Shown: one piece after another, positions 9,901 through 17,990 of the stretch | How the letters are laid out: every line of letters begins with the position of its first letter | Numbering within the stretch: the stretch's first letter is position 1 | DNA from: a bacterium | GTDB taxonomy: Bacteria > UBA8248 | Direction of reading: 5' to 3' | Assembly: GCA_965261085.1 (NCBI GenBank) | Contig: OZ253442.1 | Coordinates: 256,001-320,000, forward strand | Length of the DNA: 64,000 nt | Translations under genes and position numbers: made by a program | Notes under the pieces: generated by a model | The model's input: the letters and a program-made list of their open reading frames with translations, nothing else | What the model was told of the DNA's origin: nothing | Databases searched by the model: none

Positions 9901-11519
9901 AAGCGGGCGGGGAATTGGAAAACATGATCGTAGCCGCTGCGTGCAATCGCTTACATACAAACAGCAATACCCGCGACACCATTCTCGAAAATGCACGCCG
10001 TGTCCTTATTCTCATGGGTGGCGATGGCATCGCAGACCTGATCAAACGCGAGTTGGAGTCCGAGCATTTTGGGGTTCGCCATGGTGGTTTGAATTGGGCC
10101 GCCGTACGTGTTGACGACGGTATCGTGGATCGGCTTACGGTATTAGCGTCCCAACCAGTGCCGCAAGATGCTGACGAAAATATGAAGTCTCGCTTTTATC
10201 AGGAGTTCTGCCAGTCGATGACCGCACTCGCTTCGTTGGGCGCCGATACGGCTTTGGTCGAAACACTGAATAACAGTGGTTTGGTAATGGTATCGCCCGA
10301 TCTTGCCCAGCTTCGAGCTCACCGAGGTCCGATGCCAAAAGCCCTCACGAACCAGACGCTTCAAACACTTCAAAATGTAAAATCATCTGAGGATTTGCTG
10401 CTAACCGCACTGGTAATTGCTTGGTTAAGTGGTGATGCGGATCTGATCCTACCGGTGCGCTCTGTCTTGGAGAAAGCGGACAAGGAGGGGCGAGTCGCCG
10501 CAAATGCCTGCATCACGCTTCAAGCGCTTGGTGATACCTCGGATGATTTCGCACAGCTTGCTTATTCCCTGCTTTACACTGCAAGGAATTCAGAGTGGGG
10601 TCTGCAAGCACTAATCCGTATGGGAAACCAGGGGGCAAACCTACTGGTGAACTATTTGAAGAGTAGGACCCCTCTGAAGCGAAACAATCTTGACGATCTG
10701 ATAATTCGTGTTTTGTATGACAATCCTGCGACTAGAAAGCTAAGTATCGATACAGCTGTTGAACGTTGTCGCCGGGGACAGGTATTGCGCGACTGCCCCT
10801 ATGACATTGCTGCCGAAGGGGGTGACGCTGCGTTGAGGGAACAAATTCTCGACAAGGCGTTTGCCTCTCGTTCTTTCTCTATAATGCAGCCGCTTCGTGC
10901 CATTGAGGGTTTGGCGAAGTTCGATGTTACGCGAGCTGTCGAGGCGATCGAGCTTGCGTTCCAATTCCACTCAAAAGTTGAGCGGGAGCTATGTAAGCTG
11001 CTCGTACGAATCGCGCCGGAGTCCGCGGCAAGGCGGCTAGTCGATGCTGCAGTCCCTATCGAACGGAAATCCTTTCGCCCAGCCGTGGGTAGGGCATTGC
11101 GATGTCTCGATTCGGGTGTTGTTTCGCGTCTATTGGTTGAGCGAATGAATGGCTTGTTGTCTGAACGCAAGATAGCCGCGGAACTTGCCAGTTGGCTGCC
11201 TACATCAGCGATATCGGATGCAGTCGGCAGGCTCGCCGATCATGATAGTGCCAACGAGGTCAGGCACGCTGCGCTCGCAGCGCTTGAGTGCCATCGACGG
11301 GAAATCAATGTCGCCGCCCTTCTAGCGGCCTTCCCAATGGCAACTCCGGACCGACGGTGGAGTTTGTTGATTGCGATCCTGGAAGCTGGCGACCCGTATC
11401 TGCTCACTGACTATGAAGATCCACTCTGGTTGGGGAACATACTTACGGAGGACTTACCGGCCGTGTACGAACATCACGCGAACGGTGTATTGCTGCAACG
11501 CAAGAAAAAGGAAGACTGA
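6981..11519 (+). CDS. Avs/AVAST-like STAND NTPase with N-terminal PD-(D/E)xK nuclease and C-terminal HEAT-like repeats
   Basis: GGPAAINGFLYQ...EPRSGGD...EQYKT nuclease signature; Walker A GESGVGKT; Walker B VVALDD; FAHDRL winged-helix motif; long helical C-terminus (D..NEVRHAALAAL). Confidence 0.75.
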   Translation: MTQVGGPAAINGFLYQIIHHISWLSNVTLKGKLDGQVVDDACLVLEPRSGGDARAEASGIYIVEQYKTRADGTWSLSDMEAVLCDLQKAIPPSFPANARYRFVTDGRSGRLDTFKAFLADVKAADGPDDLDNDEKKNFSTDIVATNREFFDRINNATRHGIPQSTAEERVATFHLLSRFEMEFSVSGNTHAAAIERLLRCYAPDLGDERGIRERLVGVLFEKLGKGETRLDASAIDAIFRVVGLNPDRLHRLAILPETMSELTCRRLAGLKYQLDRDVRGAPEWPAGKPVLLIAGESGVGKTWQLGRLLEALGKQRNFVTLVRTAQTREDLLTQASRDFWQLGLGETSEKSLLAVSLFLRELQPHQSTPGLVVALDDVQDIDLARDLVRQDWADRGIRLVLTVPTTVAQALAVTDSDVVCEYIVGDFSIQELDSLLKRTGRRWANLPSDLKMLLRRPILAGLFLELPYSSVQSAPRSEYEIFDRFWQRISAKGRHGDEGVVTALAAHVLAGKPYPLLRPEWSEIGLTEDETVVRLEATGWFRSTKSGEVVFAHDRLLNWAVAKSLVQQFDRGELSVDDLGEILADQRGNQAQRARSRLDYVPMDVLWLLAEDEQNSRMLSRLIARMEDRSEYGSYGETLYVHLLPTLGQRVVPILLERLDEITMGSDGDYRLGFIGKAFTSLVQQENCELKEAIDSLLSDSSHDLQNVALKMLTAVPSTEHLDRVWELHQQRLYELEEKKDVSRHSDYQTSFAALLAGIALAPRWLKDRILAADAKKESVSEFGFLLNALEHPDAPSIWKEAGHALMTKVSVNKPRCLLYCIARFADRDNLDFVNRHLSSSEDFASSAALTALSILDPTAAIDRPVEVGDADLYFFRNHWLPILLRAQPELTRRRILELAETDPPKLRLIVDLFWERPDEVDCTMLRFILRTLENDFRTHPQGALRGDQLWLYHPLDFLGRITRLELLTILEAEAGGELENMIVAAACNRLHTNSNTRDTILENARRVLILMGGDGIADLIKRELESEHFGVRHGGLNWAAVRVDDGIVDRLTVLASQPVPQDADENMKSRFYQEFCQSMTALASLGADTALVETLNNSGLVMVSPDLAQLRAHRGPMPKALTNQTLQTLQNVKSSEDLLLTALVIAWLSGDADLILPVRSVLEKADKEGRVAANACITLQALGDTSDDFAQLAYSLLYTARNSEWGLQALIRMGNQGANLLVNYLKSRTPLKRNNLDDLIIRVLYDNPATRKLSIDTAVERCRRGQVLRDCPYDIAAEGGDAALREQILDKAFASRSFSIMQPLRAIEGLAKFDVTRAVEAIELAFQFHSKVERELCKLLVRIAPESAARRLVDAAVPIERKSFRPAVGRALRCLDSGVVSRLLVERMNGLLSERKIAAELASWLPTSAISDAVGRLADHDSANEVRHAALAALECHRREINVAALLAAFPMATPDRRWSLLIAILEAGDPYLLTDYEDPLWLGNILTEDLPAVYEHHANGVLLQRKKKED

Positions 11520-11759
11520 AGAGTGGTTTTCCCTCTCTATTGAAGGGCTTCGATAAGCCGGGTCTGCTTAGCAATGGGGTGTCCCGCACGTACATCGGGA
11601 GCGAGACGTGCATAGCCGGAAATACGATGGTTCTATTTCCGGTAGAAGAAATGAACTTAAGGCGAGCGAACTTCCAATGCGACTCGGAATCCTGCGCGCG
11701 TGATAAGGTAATTAAGAGATAATTGAGTATCTGTTTGGTAGCGCCGGATGAAAATTTGA

Positions 11760-11935
11760 CACAAACTCGCTAGTAAGCGCAGGAGTTGTAATTCGTCCGC
11801 TTCCGATTTGATTACGTATTGCAGATAATCAAATCCCCAACCAAGCTCGAAAAAATAAATATCTGCAACAGTTTCAATTAACTACGCAAATTTCACGCCT
11901 GTTGAAAATCCCCCACTGTCTGAAAACGGGCGATA
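11760..11935 (+). repeat. dispersed ~150-bp element, copy 2
   Basis: Core CGCTTCCGATTTGATTAC at 11798; CTGTTGAAAATCCC shared with copy 1, with TGA again at +105. Confidence 0.65.
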
Positions 11936-12047
11936 AAAAGCTTGTGCAGATTCTTTTCGTCTGCTATTTTCCTGCCGGCTACACACTTGCCAGAGGACGT
12001 TTTTGATTTTCTTGATGCCCGAGAGGGCCCACGAGGGAGACATTGCG

Positions 12048-13073
12048 ATGAGACAGTACTTGTCCACCATAGTATGCGCGATTGTTGTCTTGGTATTGAC
12101 CGCAAGCGCCGCGTTCGCCGCAAGCGCGACGCTGGAGACGGTGAAAAAGCGCGGCAATCTCATTTGCGGCGTCAACACCGGCCTCACGGGTTTCTCCTCG
12201 CCCGACGACAAGGGCGTCTGGAGAGGTTTCGACGTCGATTACTGCCGCGCCGTCAGCGCAGCGGTTTTCGGCAATCCCGACAAGGTGACCTACAAGCCGC
12301 TGACCGGCAAGACGCGCTTCCCGGCGCTTCAATCGGGTGAGATCGACGTTCTCTCCCGCAACACGACGTGGACCTTCAAACGCGACGTGAACCTGGGCTT
12401 CGAGTTCGTCGGCGTGATGTATTACGACGGGCAGGGCTTCATCACCCGCAAGTCCCTCGGCCTCAAGAGCGCCAAGGAGCTCGACGGCTCTTCGGTCTGC
12501 ATTCAGACGGGCACCACGACCGAACTCAATCTGGCCGACTATTTCCGCAGCAACAAGATGAAGTTCAAATCGGTCGTCGTCGAGGACGCGGCCGAGGCGC
12601 GCCAGAACTACGCCGCCAACCGCTGCGACGCCTACACGACGGACCGCTCCGGCCTCGCGGCCCAGCGCTCCGTGCTCAAGAACCCGGACGCGCACGTGGT
12701 CCTGCCCGAAATCATCTCGAAGGAGCCCCTCGGCCCCGTCGTGCGCCACGGCGACAACGTATGGGGCGACATCGCCCGCTGGGTGCGCAACGCGCTCATC
12801 GTCGCCGAGGAACTCGGCCTCACTTCCAAGAACGTCGACGCCATGAAGAAATCGAACAACCCCGAGATCAAGCGCTTTCTCGGTCAGGAAGGCGACTTGG
12901 GCAGCATGCTCGGTCTCTCGAAGGACTGGGCCTACAACGTCATCAAGGGCGTGGGCAACTACTCCGAGATCTACGAGCGCCACATCGGCCCCAAGACGGC
13001 CATCGGCCTCGCGCGCGGCTACAACAACCTGTGGACGAACGGCGGAATTCTCTACTCGCCTCCGTTCCGCTAG
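12048..13073 (+). CDS. aapJ: general L-amino acid ABC transporter substrate-binding protein (AapJ/BztA family)
   Basis: Signal peptide; GFDVDYCRAV, LQSGEIDVL.RNTTWT, YYDGQGF, ISKEPLGP, VGNYSEIYER, GGILYSPPFR; start moved to ATG 12048 after GAGGGAG. Confidence 0.92.
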   Translation: MRQYLSTIVCAIVVLVLTASAAFAASATLETVKKRGNLICGVNTGLTGFSSPDDKGVWRGFDVDYCRAVSAAVFGNPDKVTYKPLTGKTRFPALQSGEIDVLSRNTTWTFKRDVNLGFEFVGVMYYDGQGFITRKSLGLKSAKELDGSSVCIQTGTTTELNLADYFRSNKMKFKSVVVEDAAEARQNYAANRCDAYTTDRSGLAAQRSVLKNPDAHVVLPEIISKEPLGPVVRHGDNVWGDIARWVRNALIVAEELGLTSKNVDAMKKSNNPEIKRFLGQEGDLGSMLGLSKDWAYNVIKGVGNYSEIYERHIGPKTAIGLARGYNNLWTNGGILYSPPFR

Positions 13074-13100
13074 GCTGCTTCTGCAACCGGTAACATGAAC

Positions 13101-13138
13101 CCGCTCCGGCCTCGGGGATTTCCCCGGGGCCGGAGTGG
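13101..13138 (+). terminator. GC-rich hairpin after aapJ, probable terminator
   Basis: CCGCTCCGGCCTCGGGGA-TT-TCCCCGGGGCCGGAGTGG, ~28 nt after the stop; weak U tract. Confidence 0.5.
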
Positions 13139-13302
13139 CGCGTTTGCAATGAGTGGAGCGGTCGTATAATAGCGACGCGTGTAAAAACATTCAGGCGTCG
13201 AGTGAGATCGCCGCCAAAGGCAGTTGTTGATATTGCGCGGCGTAGCCGGTTTGGACCCATGCTTTTCTGACCGCCATCACCCCACGGTTGAATGGTTACC
13301 GA

Positions 13303-13455
13303 CAAAGACCCGCCGGGATACTCGGGAGTTTGAATTTCCTCGTTTCCGTTTTGATTACATTTTGTAGAAGGCGGAACCCAAATGGGAATGGGAACAATAC
13401 ATGTTTCCCAATGATGTCAACAGGATAACGGGATATCGTCGCCGCTAAAAACACT
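13303..13455 (+). repeat. dispersed ~150-bp element, copy 3
   Basis: TCCTCGTTTCCGTTTTGATTACA identical to copy 1; TAAAAA at +105. Confidence 0.7.
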
Positions 13456-13599
13456 CCTCCGTCTCTATGCGGGCGGAAGGCATTGATGTTGGATCCACCG
13501 GAAGGACCCCCCGCGGTCGTTCACGACGCCATAGGCCGGAGCGGATCAGTGTACAATCTCAGACCCGCCGCGTTCTCTGACCAGTACCCATTCACCCCT

Positions 13600-13720
13600 C
13601 ACGTGGCCGCTCCCCCAGTTGGAGCCTACCCTGATCGAGAGGCCACGTTCCTTCTCGCCGTGAAAGAAGGCGAATGAGGCGTTCACGTCCCATTCCTCAT
13701 AGTCGCTCTCCTCGTGTCGT
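13600..13720 (-). pseudogene. relic of an outer-membrane beta-barrel C-terminal domain
   Basis: Translates HEESDYEEWDVNASFAFFHGEKERGLSIRVGSNWGS, homologous to the fragment at 17470-17850. Confidence 0.55.
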
Positions 13721-13816
13721 GGGGCGCTTCGCAAAGCACCACTGCGGGTTATTCCCGACCGGGAAGGGTAGGGCGATCCCTCCCAAGGACCGCATTTGTA
13801 CAACTTCGCGCCCCGC

Positions 13817-16800
13817 CTAGAAACTCCACCCGAAAGTGACCCGGCCCGAATACTGCGCGTCGCCCGAACTGAGGCCGCCCACCGAGACTTCCGCTCCCAC
13901 CGAGAAGCGTCCCTTGCGATACGTCCCGCCCAAACCCAGCAGGAGACCCGTCCTGGCCGACTCGGAAGAAAGCCTCTTTCCCGAAACGTCTACATTCGTC
14001 TCCGCCCCGCCGAGGGTTTGTTCAAGGTCCACCGAGCCGCGAAGGGAGAACGCGCCGCCCCGCCAGTTCCGGGCCTGCGCCGTCTCGACCGCCACCCCCA
14101 GAGCGCCCGTGAAGCGGACGGCGTCGCCCACCGATACGCGCGAGTCCACCGCGTCGGTGAAGTCGCCGACGTCGACTTCAGTGCGCGTCAACCGCACCCG
14201 GGGTGTCAGGTACATTTTTCCGCCCGGCTTCGTCCGCCTGCCTGCCTCGAACTCCAGGGTATGGGCGCGCGCCTCGACGCCCGTCACCAGACGGCCCAGT
14301 TCGTTCGACGAGAGGTCCGCGGCGTAGCTCGCGATGGAGAAGCGCCCATGCGCGTAGTATTCGTTCTCACCGCTCAGGGAGACGCCGAAGGCCAGGCCGA
14401 ACCCGTCAGCCTCGATCTTCCCGCCGCCCGTCGGCGCGGCGACGTTCGCCGAACCCTTCACGTGGCGCACGGAGACCGAACCCGTGGCGTTCTCCCCGAG
14501 GGAGACGTCCAGACCCGCCTCCGCCGAGAAGCGGCTGAAATTGAATTGCGCGCCCACGCTCGCGCGTTCCGGCTCGTAAGACCCTCTGCCGCCCAAGAGT
14601 TTGACCCACACGGGCGAACCGGGCGAGGAGACGCGCTTCCCGAAGAGTCCCCCTCCGTTCAGGCGGAGCAGGAAGCCGGGCAGGGCCTCGTACACAGCCG
14701 CGCGCGGCGCGTATTCCTCCATCATCGCGGGCGGCGGAGCCATGCAGTCCGGGGGCGTGCCGATTTGTCCTTCCGGACAGGTGGGCGGTGGTGGCGGTGG
14801 TGGCGGTGGTGGCGGTGGTGGCGGTGGTGGCGGTGGTGGCGGTGGTGGCGGTGGTGGCGGTGGTGGCGGTGGTGGCGGTGGTGGCGGCTTCCTGCGTTCG
14901 TTAAAGTCTTGCGCCGAGAAATCCCGGTCCGCCACGACGTCCGCAGCCGGGTCACTCACGACCCAGTTCGCCGTGTCCGTCATGCGATCCGTCACGGTGA
15001 CGCCATCGGCTCGCATCCGGACGTTCCACGCCCCGTTCGAAGCTTTTCGCCCCGTCACGCCCATCTCGGCGTCGTGGAGCTTCACGTTGTTGACGTAGAT
15101 GGTCGTCCCGCCCCCGTCGTTGATGATCCAGTCGTCCCCGATCGCCTGCGACACCCGCCGGCCGCCGAGGTTCATGTCGACCCGGAGTTTGGGCTTGATG
15201 GGCGGATCGTTGGCGGGGTCCGCCCCCGGGGTGTCGCCCGTCGCGAGAATCGCGATCCCGGACTCCGAATTGATGCTTCCCCGTGGTCCGATGACCACCC
15301 GGCCGCCGCCCGCGAGAAACACGCCCTCCGCAGCGCTCCTCACGGCGCCGTTCACAGTGACGGTCTGCCTGCGGTAGTCGTCTATTCCGATAGCGGCGAC
15401 GCGAGCCAACGCGCCGGAACTGAGGGCGCCCACCCGGACCCCCTGCGCGCCCGCTCCGTTCACATCGATACTGCCCCCGGCGTCGATCGAGATGCTGCTG
15501 GTGGGCTGCGCCGTGTCGTAGTGATAGGCCACGATGCCGTGGGCGTTAGCGCCCGTCGTGGTGATGGTGTGGCCGCCGCCCGTGTCGATCGAAATGTCGT
15601 CTCCGTTCCCAGCCTCCAGGTCCCCCCGGATACCGTAGGAATTCGCTCCCCGCGTCTCGATGGAACCGCCCTGGACATCGATGTCGATGCTTCCCCCTTC
15701 TTCGACGGGGCCGTCTGCCAAAGACGTATTGTAATGCCTAGCGAAGATGCCATGGGAAAGGGTGAGTCCAGACTCATTCACTGCCGTGCTTTCCGTCACA
15801 ATGGTTGTATTGCTGGCGGCGATGACGATGTCGCCGGAGTCTTCATGAAAGCCATAGATGCCACCGGATGTCAGGCCTTTTGTCGTGATGCTCCCGCCCT
15901 GAACGTTGATGGTGAGGTTGCCGTCGCCTCTATGAATGCCATAGACGCCGTGGGAGTAAGTGCCTGGTAAGCTGTCAGAATAGATAGCTGTGCCTTTCGT
16001 CATGATGGTGCTGTCCCGAATGTCGATGATGATGTCACCGACTATATCCCCTGTGATATATCCTAAAACGGCGTAGGATTGCGTGCTATTCGTGGTGATG
16101 GTTGTATCCCGCACATCGATGTGAATGTCGCCGTTTCCCTCATCTTGCCAGCCAGTTATGCCGATGCTTCCCTGCCCGCCCGACGTTTCGATAACGAGAT
16201 TGTCAGCGTAGATGTTCACATTGCCGTTTCTTGGAAAACCTCCCGGCTCCCGTTTAGCAAAGATTGCGTAGGCAAAATCACCTCGAGTACGAACAGCCAA
16301 GTCTCTGGCGTCAATGAAAATATCGCCCTCGCTTTGGTGCAAAGCGCTGATGCCCCAACCACTGAGGTTCGTTATGATGGTTCCATGTTGAACATCGATT
16401 TGAATCTTGCCGGAGCTGACCTTGTCTTCAGAGTTTCTTCGGTGCCAGGCCAAGATACCATGGGCGCTGTTGCCCTCCGTGGTAATTTCCACATTGGTTG
16501 CCGTGATGGAGGTGTTGTTGACGGCGTCTTCCGGGAAATCCCGTTCCGTCGGTTCAATGACTCCTGTGATGCCGTGGGCGCCCTTGGCCGCGGTGGTGAT
16601 TCGGACGTTTGAAGCAACGATGTCGATGTCGCCGAAACCTTCGTGCCCGCCATAGATGCCATAGGTATGTGATGGATAATCGGAGAGGTCTTCATAAGTG
16701 CCAGTCGTATTGATGCTCCCGTCTCCAAAGTAGATGTCGATATCGCCGTCGCCTTCATGAAAGGCGATTACACCGCGGGCTCCCTGGCTCGCTGTTATGA

Positions 16801-17344
16801 TGTCGGTGAAATTAACGTCGATGTCGATCTTGCCCGTGCTCGTATGATGGCCGTAGACGCCGTGGGCGCCCTCGCCCGCCGTATCGATGGTACTGTTGAT
16901 GGCTTGATCGTTCGCATCAACTCCGGAGAGGACGTCGATATCGATGGAACCCGTGCCTTCATGCTTCCCGTGGACGCCGTATTCCATCGGTTCCGTCGTA
17001 TCGATGTCGACGCCTTCAGCGTCGATGTCGATGTCGCTGTCGCTGGTGGAAGTGGCGTCCTCGGTGCACTCGATTCTCTCTCCGATTGCGGGCGTGTTAC
17101 TGCACACGGCGGTCGTCTGGGCCTGCGCGTTTCCCCCCCAAAGGGCGAGCGCGAGGAGCAGGGCGAGAGTGGCGATCGACGCCCACGGGCCCGGTTTCGC
17201 CAGGACGAAGTAGGAATCCACAGCTTCACGCAACTTGTCGTAACTTCTCTGCGCACCGGATGCGGCCGATGATTCCCATGGGATAGCCGAACCACGCCTG
17301 CTGCGTGAAACCCCGAAGGTCTTCTTTCTGCTTTCGCTCATCAT
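13817..17344 (-). CDS. type V autotransporter / adhesin with beta-helix passenger, 35-Pro linker and C-terminal beta-barrel
   Basis: Likely start ATG 17344 after GAAAGGA; extended signal ending ...LWGGNAQA; repeats I.T.G..AHGI.A.H.G.G.I.I; barrel ends YSGRVTFGWSF (terminal Phe). Confidence 0.88.
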   Translation of the reverse strand: MMSESRKKTFGVSRSRRGSAIPWESSAASGAQRSYDKLREAVDSYFVLAKPGPWASIATLALLLALALWGGNAQAQTTAVCSNTPAIGERIECTEDATSTSDSDIDIDAEGVDIDTTEPMEYGVHGKHEGTGSIDIDVLSGVDANDQAINSTIDTAGEGAHGVYGHHTSTGKIDIDVNFTDIITASQGARGVIAFHEGDGDIDIYFGDGSINTTGTYEDLSDYPSHTYGIYGGHEGFGDIDIVASNVRITTAAKGAHGITGVIEPTERDFPEDAVNNTSITATNVEITTEGNSAHGILAWHRRNSEDKVSSGKIQIDVQHGTIITNLSGWGISALHQSEGDIFIDARDLAVRTRGDFAYAIFAKREPGGFPRNGNVNIYADNLVIETSGGQGSIGITGWQDEGNGDIHIDVRDTTITTNSTQSYAVLGYITGDIVGDIIIDIRDSTIMTKGTAIYSDSLPGTYSHGVYGIHRGDGNLTINVQGGSITTKGLTSGGIYGFHEDSGDIVIAASNTTIVTESTAVNESGLTLSHGIFARHYNTSLADGPVEEGGSIDIDVQGGSIETRGANSYGIRGDLEAGNGDDISIDTGGGHTITTTGANAHGIVAYHYDTAQPTSSISIDAGGSIDVNGAGAQGVRVGALSSGALARVAAIGIDDYRRQTVTVNGAVRSAAEGVFLAGGGRVVIGPRGSINSESGIAILATGDTPGADPANDPPIKPKLRVDMNLGGRRVSQAIGDDWIINDGGGTTIYVNNVKLHDAEMGVTGRKASNGAWNVRMRADGVTVTDRMTDTANWVVSDPAADVVADRDFSAQDFNERRKPPPPPPPPPPPPPPPPPPPPPPPPPPPPPPPPPPPTCPEGQIGTPPDCMAPPPAMMEEYAPRAAVYEALPGFLLRLNGGGLFGKRVSSPGSPVWVKLLGGRGSYEPERASVGAQFNFSRFSAEAGLDVSLGENATGSVSVRHVKGSANVAAPTGGGKIEADGFGLAFGVSLSGENEYYAHGRFSIASYAADLSSNELGRLVTGVEARAHTLEFEAGRRTKPGGKMYLTPRVRLTRTEVDVGDFTDAVDSRVSVGDAVRFTGALGVAVETAQARNWRGGAFSLRGSVDLEQTLGGAETNVDVSGKRLSSESARTGLLLGLGGTYRKGRFSVGAEVSVGGLSSGDAQYSGRVTFGWSF
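14784..14888. repeat. 9-bp tandem repeat (GGCGGTGGT)x11 encoding polyproline
   Basis: 11 perfect units 14784-14882; 35 consecutive Pro codons at 14887-14783 on the minus strand. Confidence 0.95.
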
Positions 17345-17416
17345 TGAGATCCTTTCTCGCCAAAACGCAAAAATAGTAAATAGCTGAATTCCGTATATCG
17401 CTAAGTTGGTTCCCTG

Positions 17417-17465
17417 GCGAAAATCCGCTATCGTCTTGTAGCTCGGCGACGCACCCTGGCACAGC
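17417..17465. repeat. 49-bp exact copy of an internal segment of the IS1182 transposase gene (19318-19366)
   Basis: GCGAAAATCCGCTATCGTCTTGTAGCTCGGCGACGCACCCTGGCACAGC at both places, same orientation. Confidence 0.9.
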
Positions 17466-17469
17466 AGGC

Positions 17470-17850
17470 CGCGCCTGACGTCGAAGTTGGCGTCGGGCTC
17501 GAAGCTTCCCGTGGAGAACCCGCCCAGGCGCTGCGTCCACACGCGCTCGGCACCTCCCGAGGCGGCCCCCTAGGCGGAGCCCATACGCACCGAGAGGCCC
17601 GGTCCGCCCGAGCCGGGTGCGAAGCGTACCGAACCGCTCACGCCCCATTCCTCGTAATCGCTCTCAGTGTACGCAATAAGCCCGCGCGCGCTCAACTCCA
17701 TCGTGAGGGCGCCCGCCGCGTAGGTGAGCGAGCCGCCCACTTCGAGGCCCTCTCCCGCCTCCGCGTCGCCCCCGTCGTAGCGAACGCCCACCTCGACGGT
17801 GGGCATGAGTACGCCGCTATCCCCTACCCGCAAGCTGCGCGAGCCCTCGC
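17470..17850 (-). pseudogene. relic of an outer-membrane beta-barrel domain of a large surface protein
   Basis: PTVEVGVRYDGGDAEAGEGLEVGG...ESDYEEWGVSGSVRFAPG..GLSVRMGSA*GAASGGAERVW; internal TAG, no N-terminus. Confidence 0.6.
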
Positions 17851-17990
17851 GCACCAGTTCGCTCAACTCGTCCCGATAGGCTGGATTCGTAAAGGGAATC
17901 GTCGTATCTTTGTGTATGGTGGTGCATCTCCTATGTGCTGAATGACCGGGCTTCTGACAACCCTATTTCAGCAGGAATGCGCGCCGCCTA

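Noticed and set aside
13720-13805. Possible group II intron domain V/VI remnant
   Set aside because: No catalytic triad hairpin or RT gene; resemblance too weak.
13796-15970. 724-aa + strand ORF with (WWR)n repeat
   Set aside because: Antisense shadow of the autotransporter; the repeat is the poly-Pro VNTR read on the other strand.
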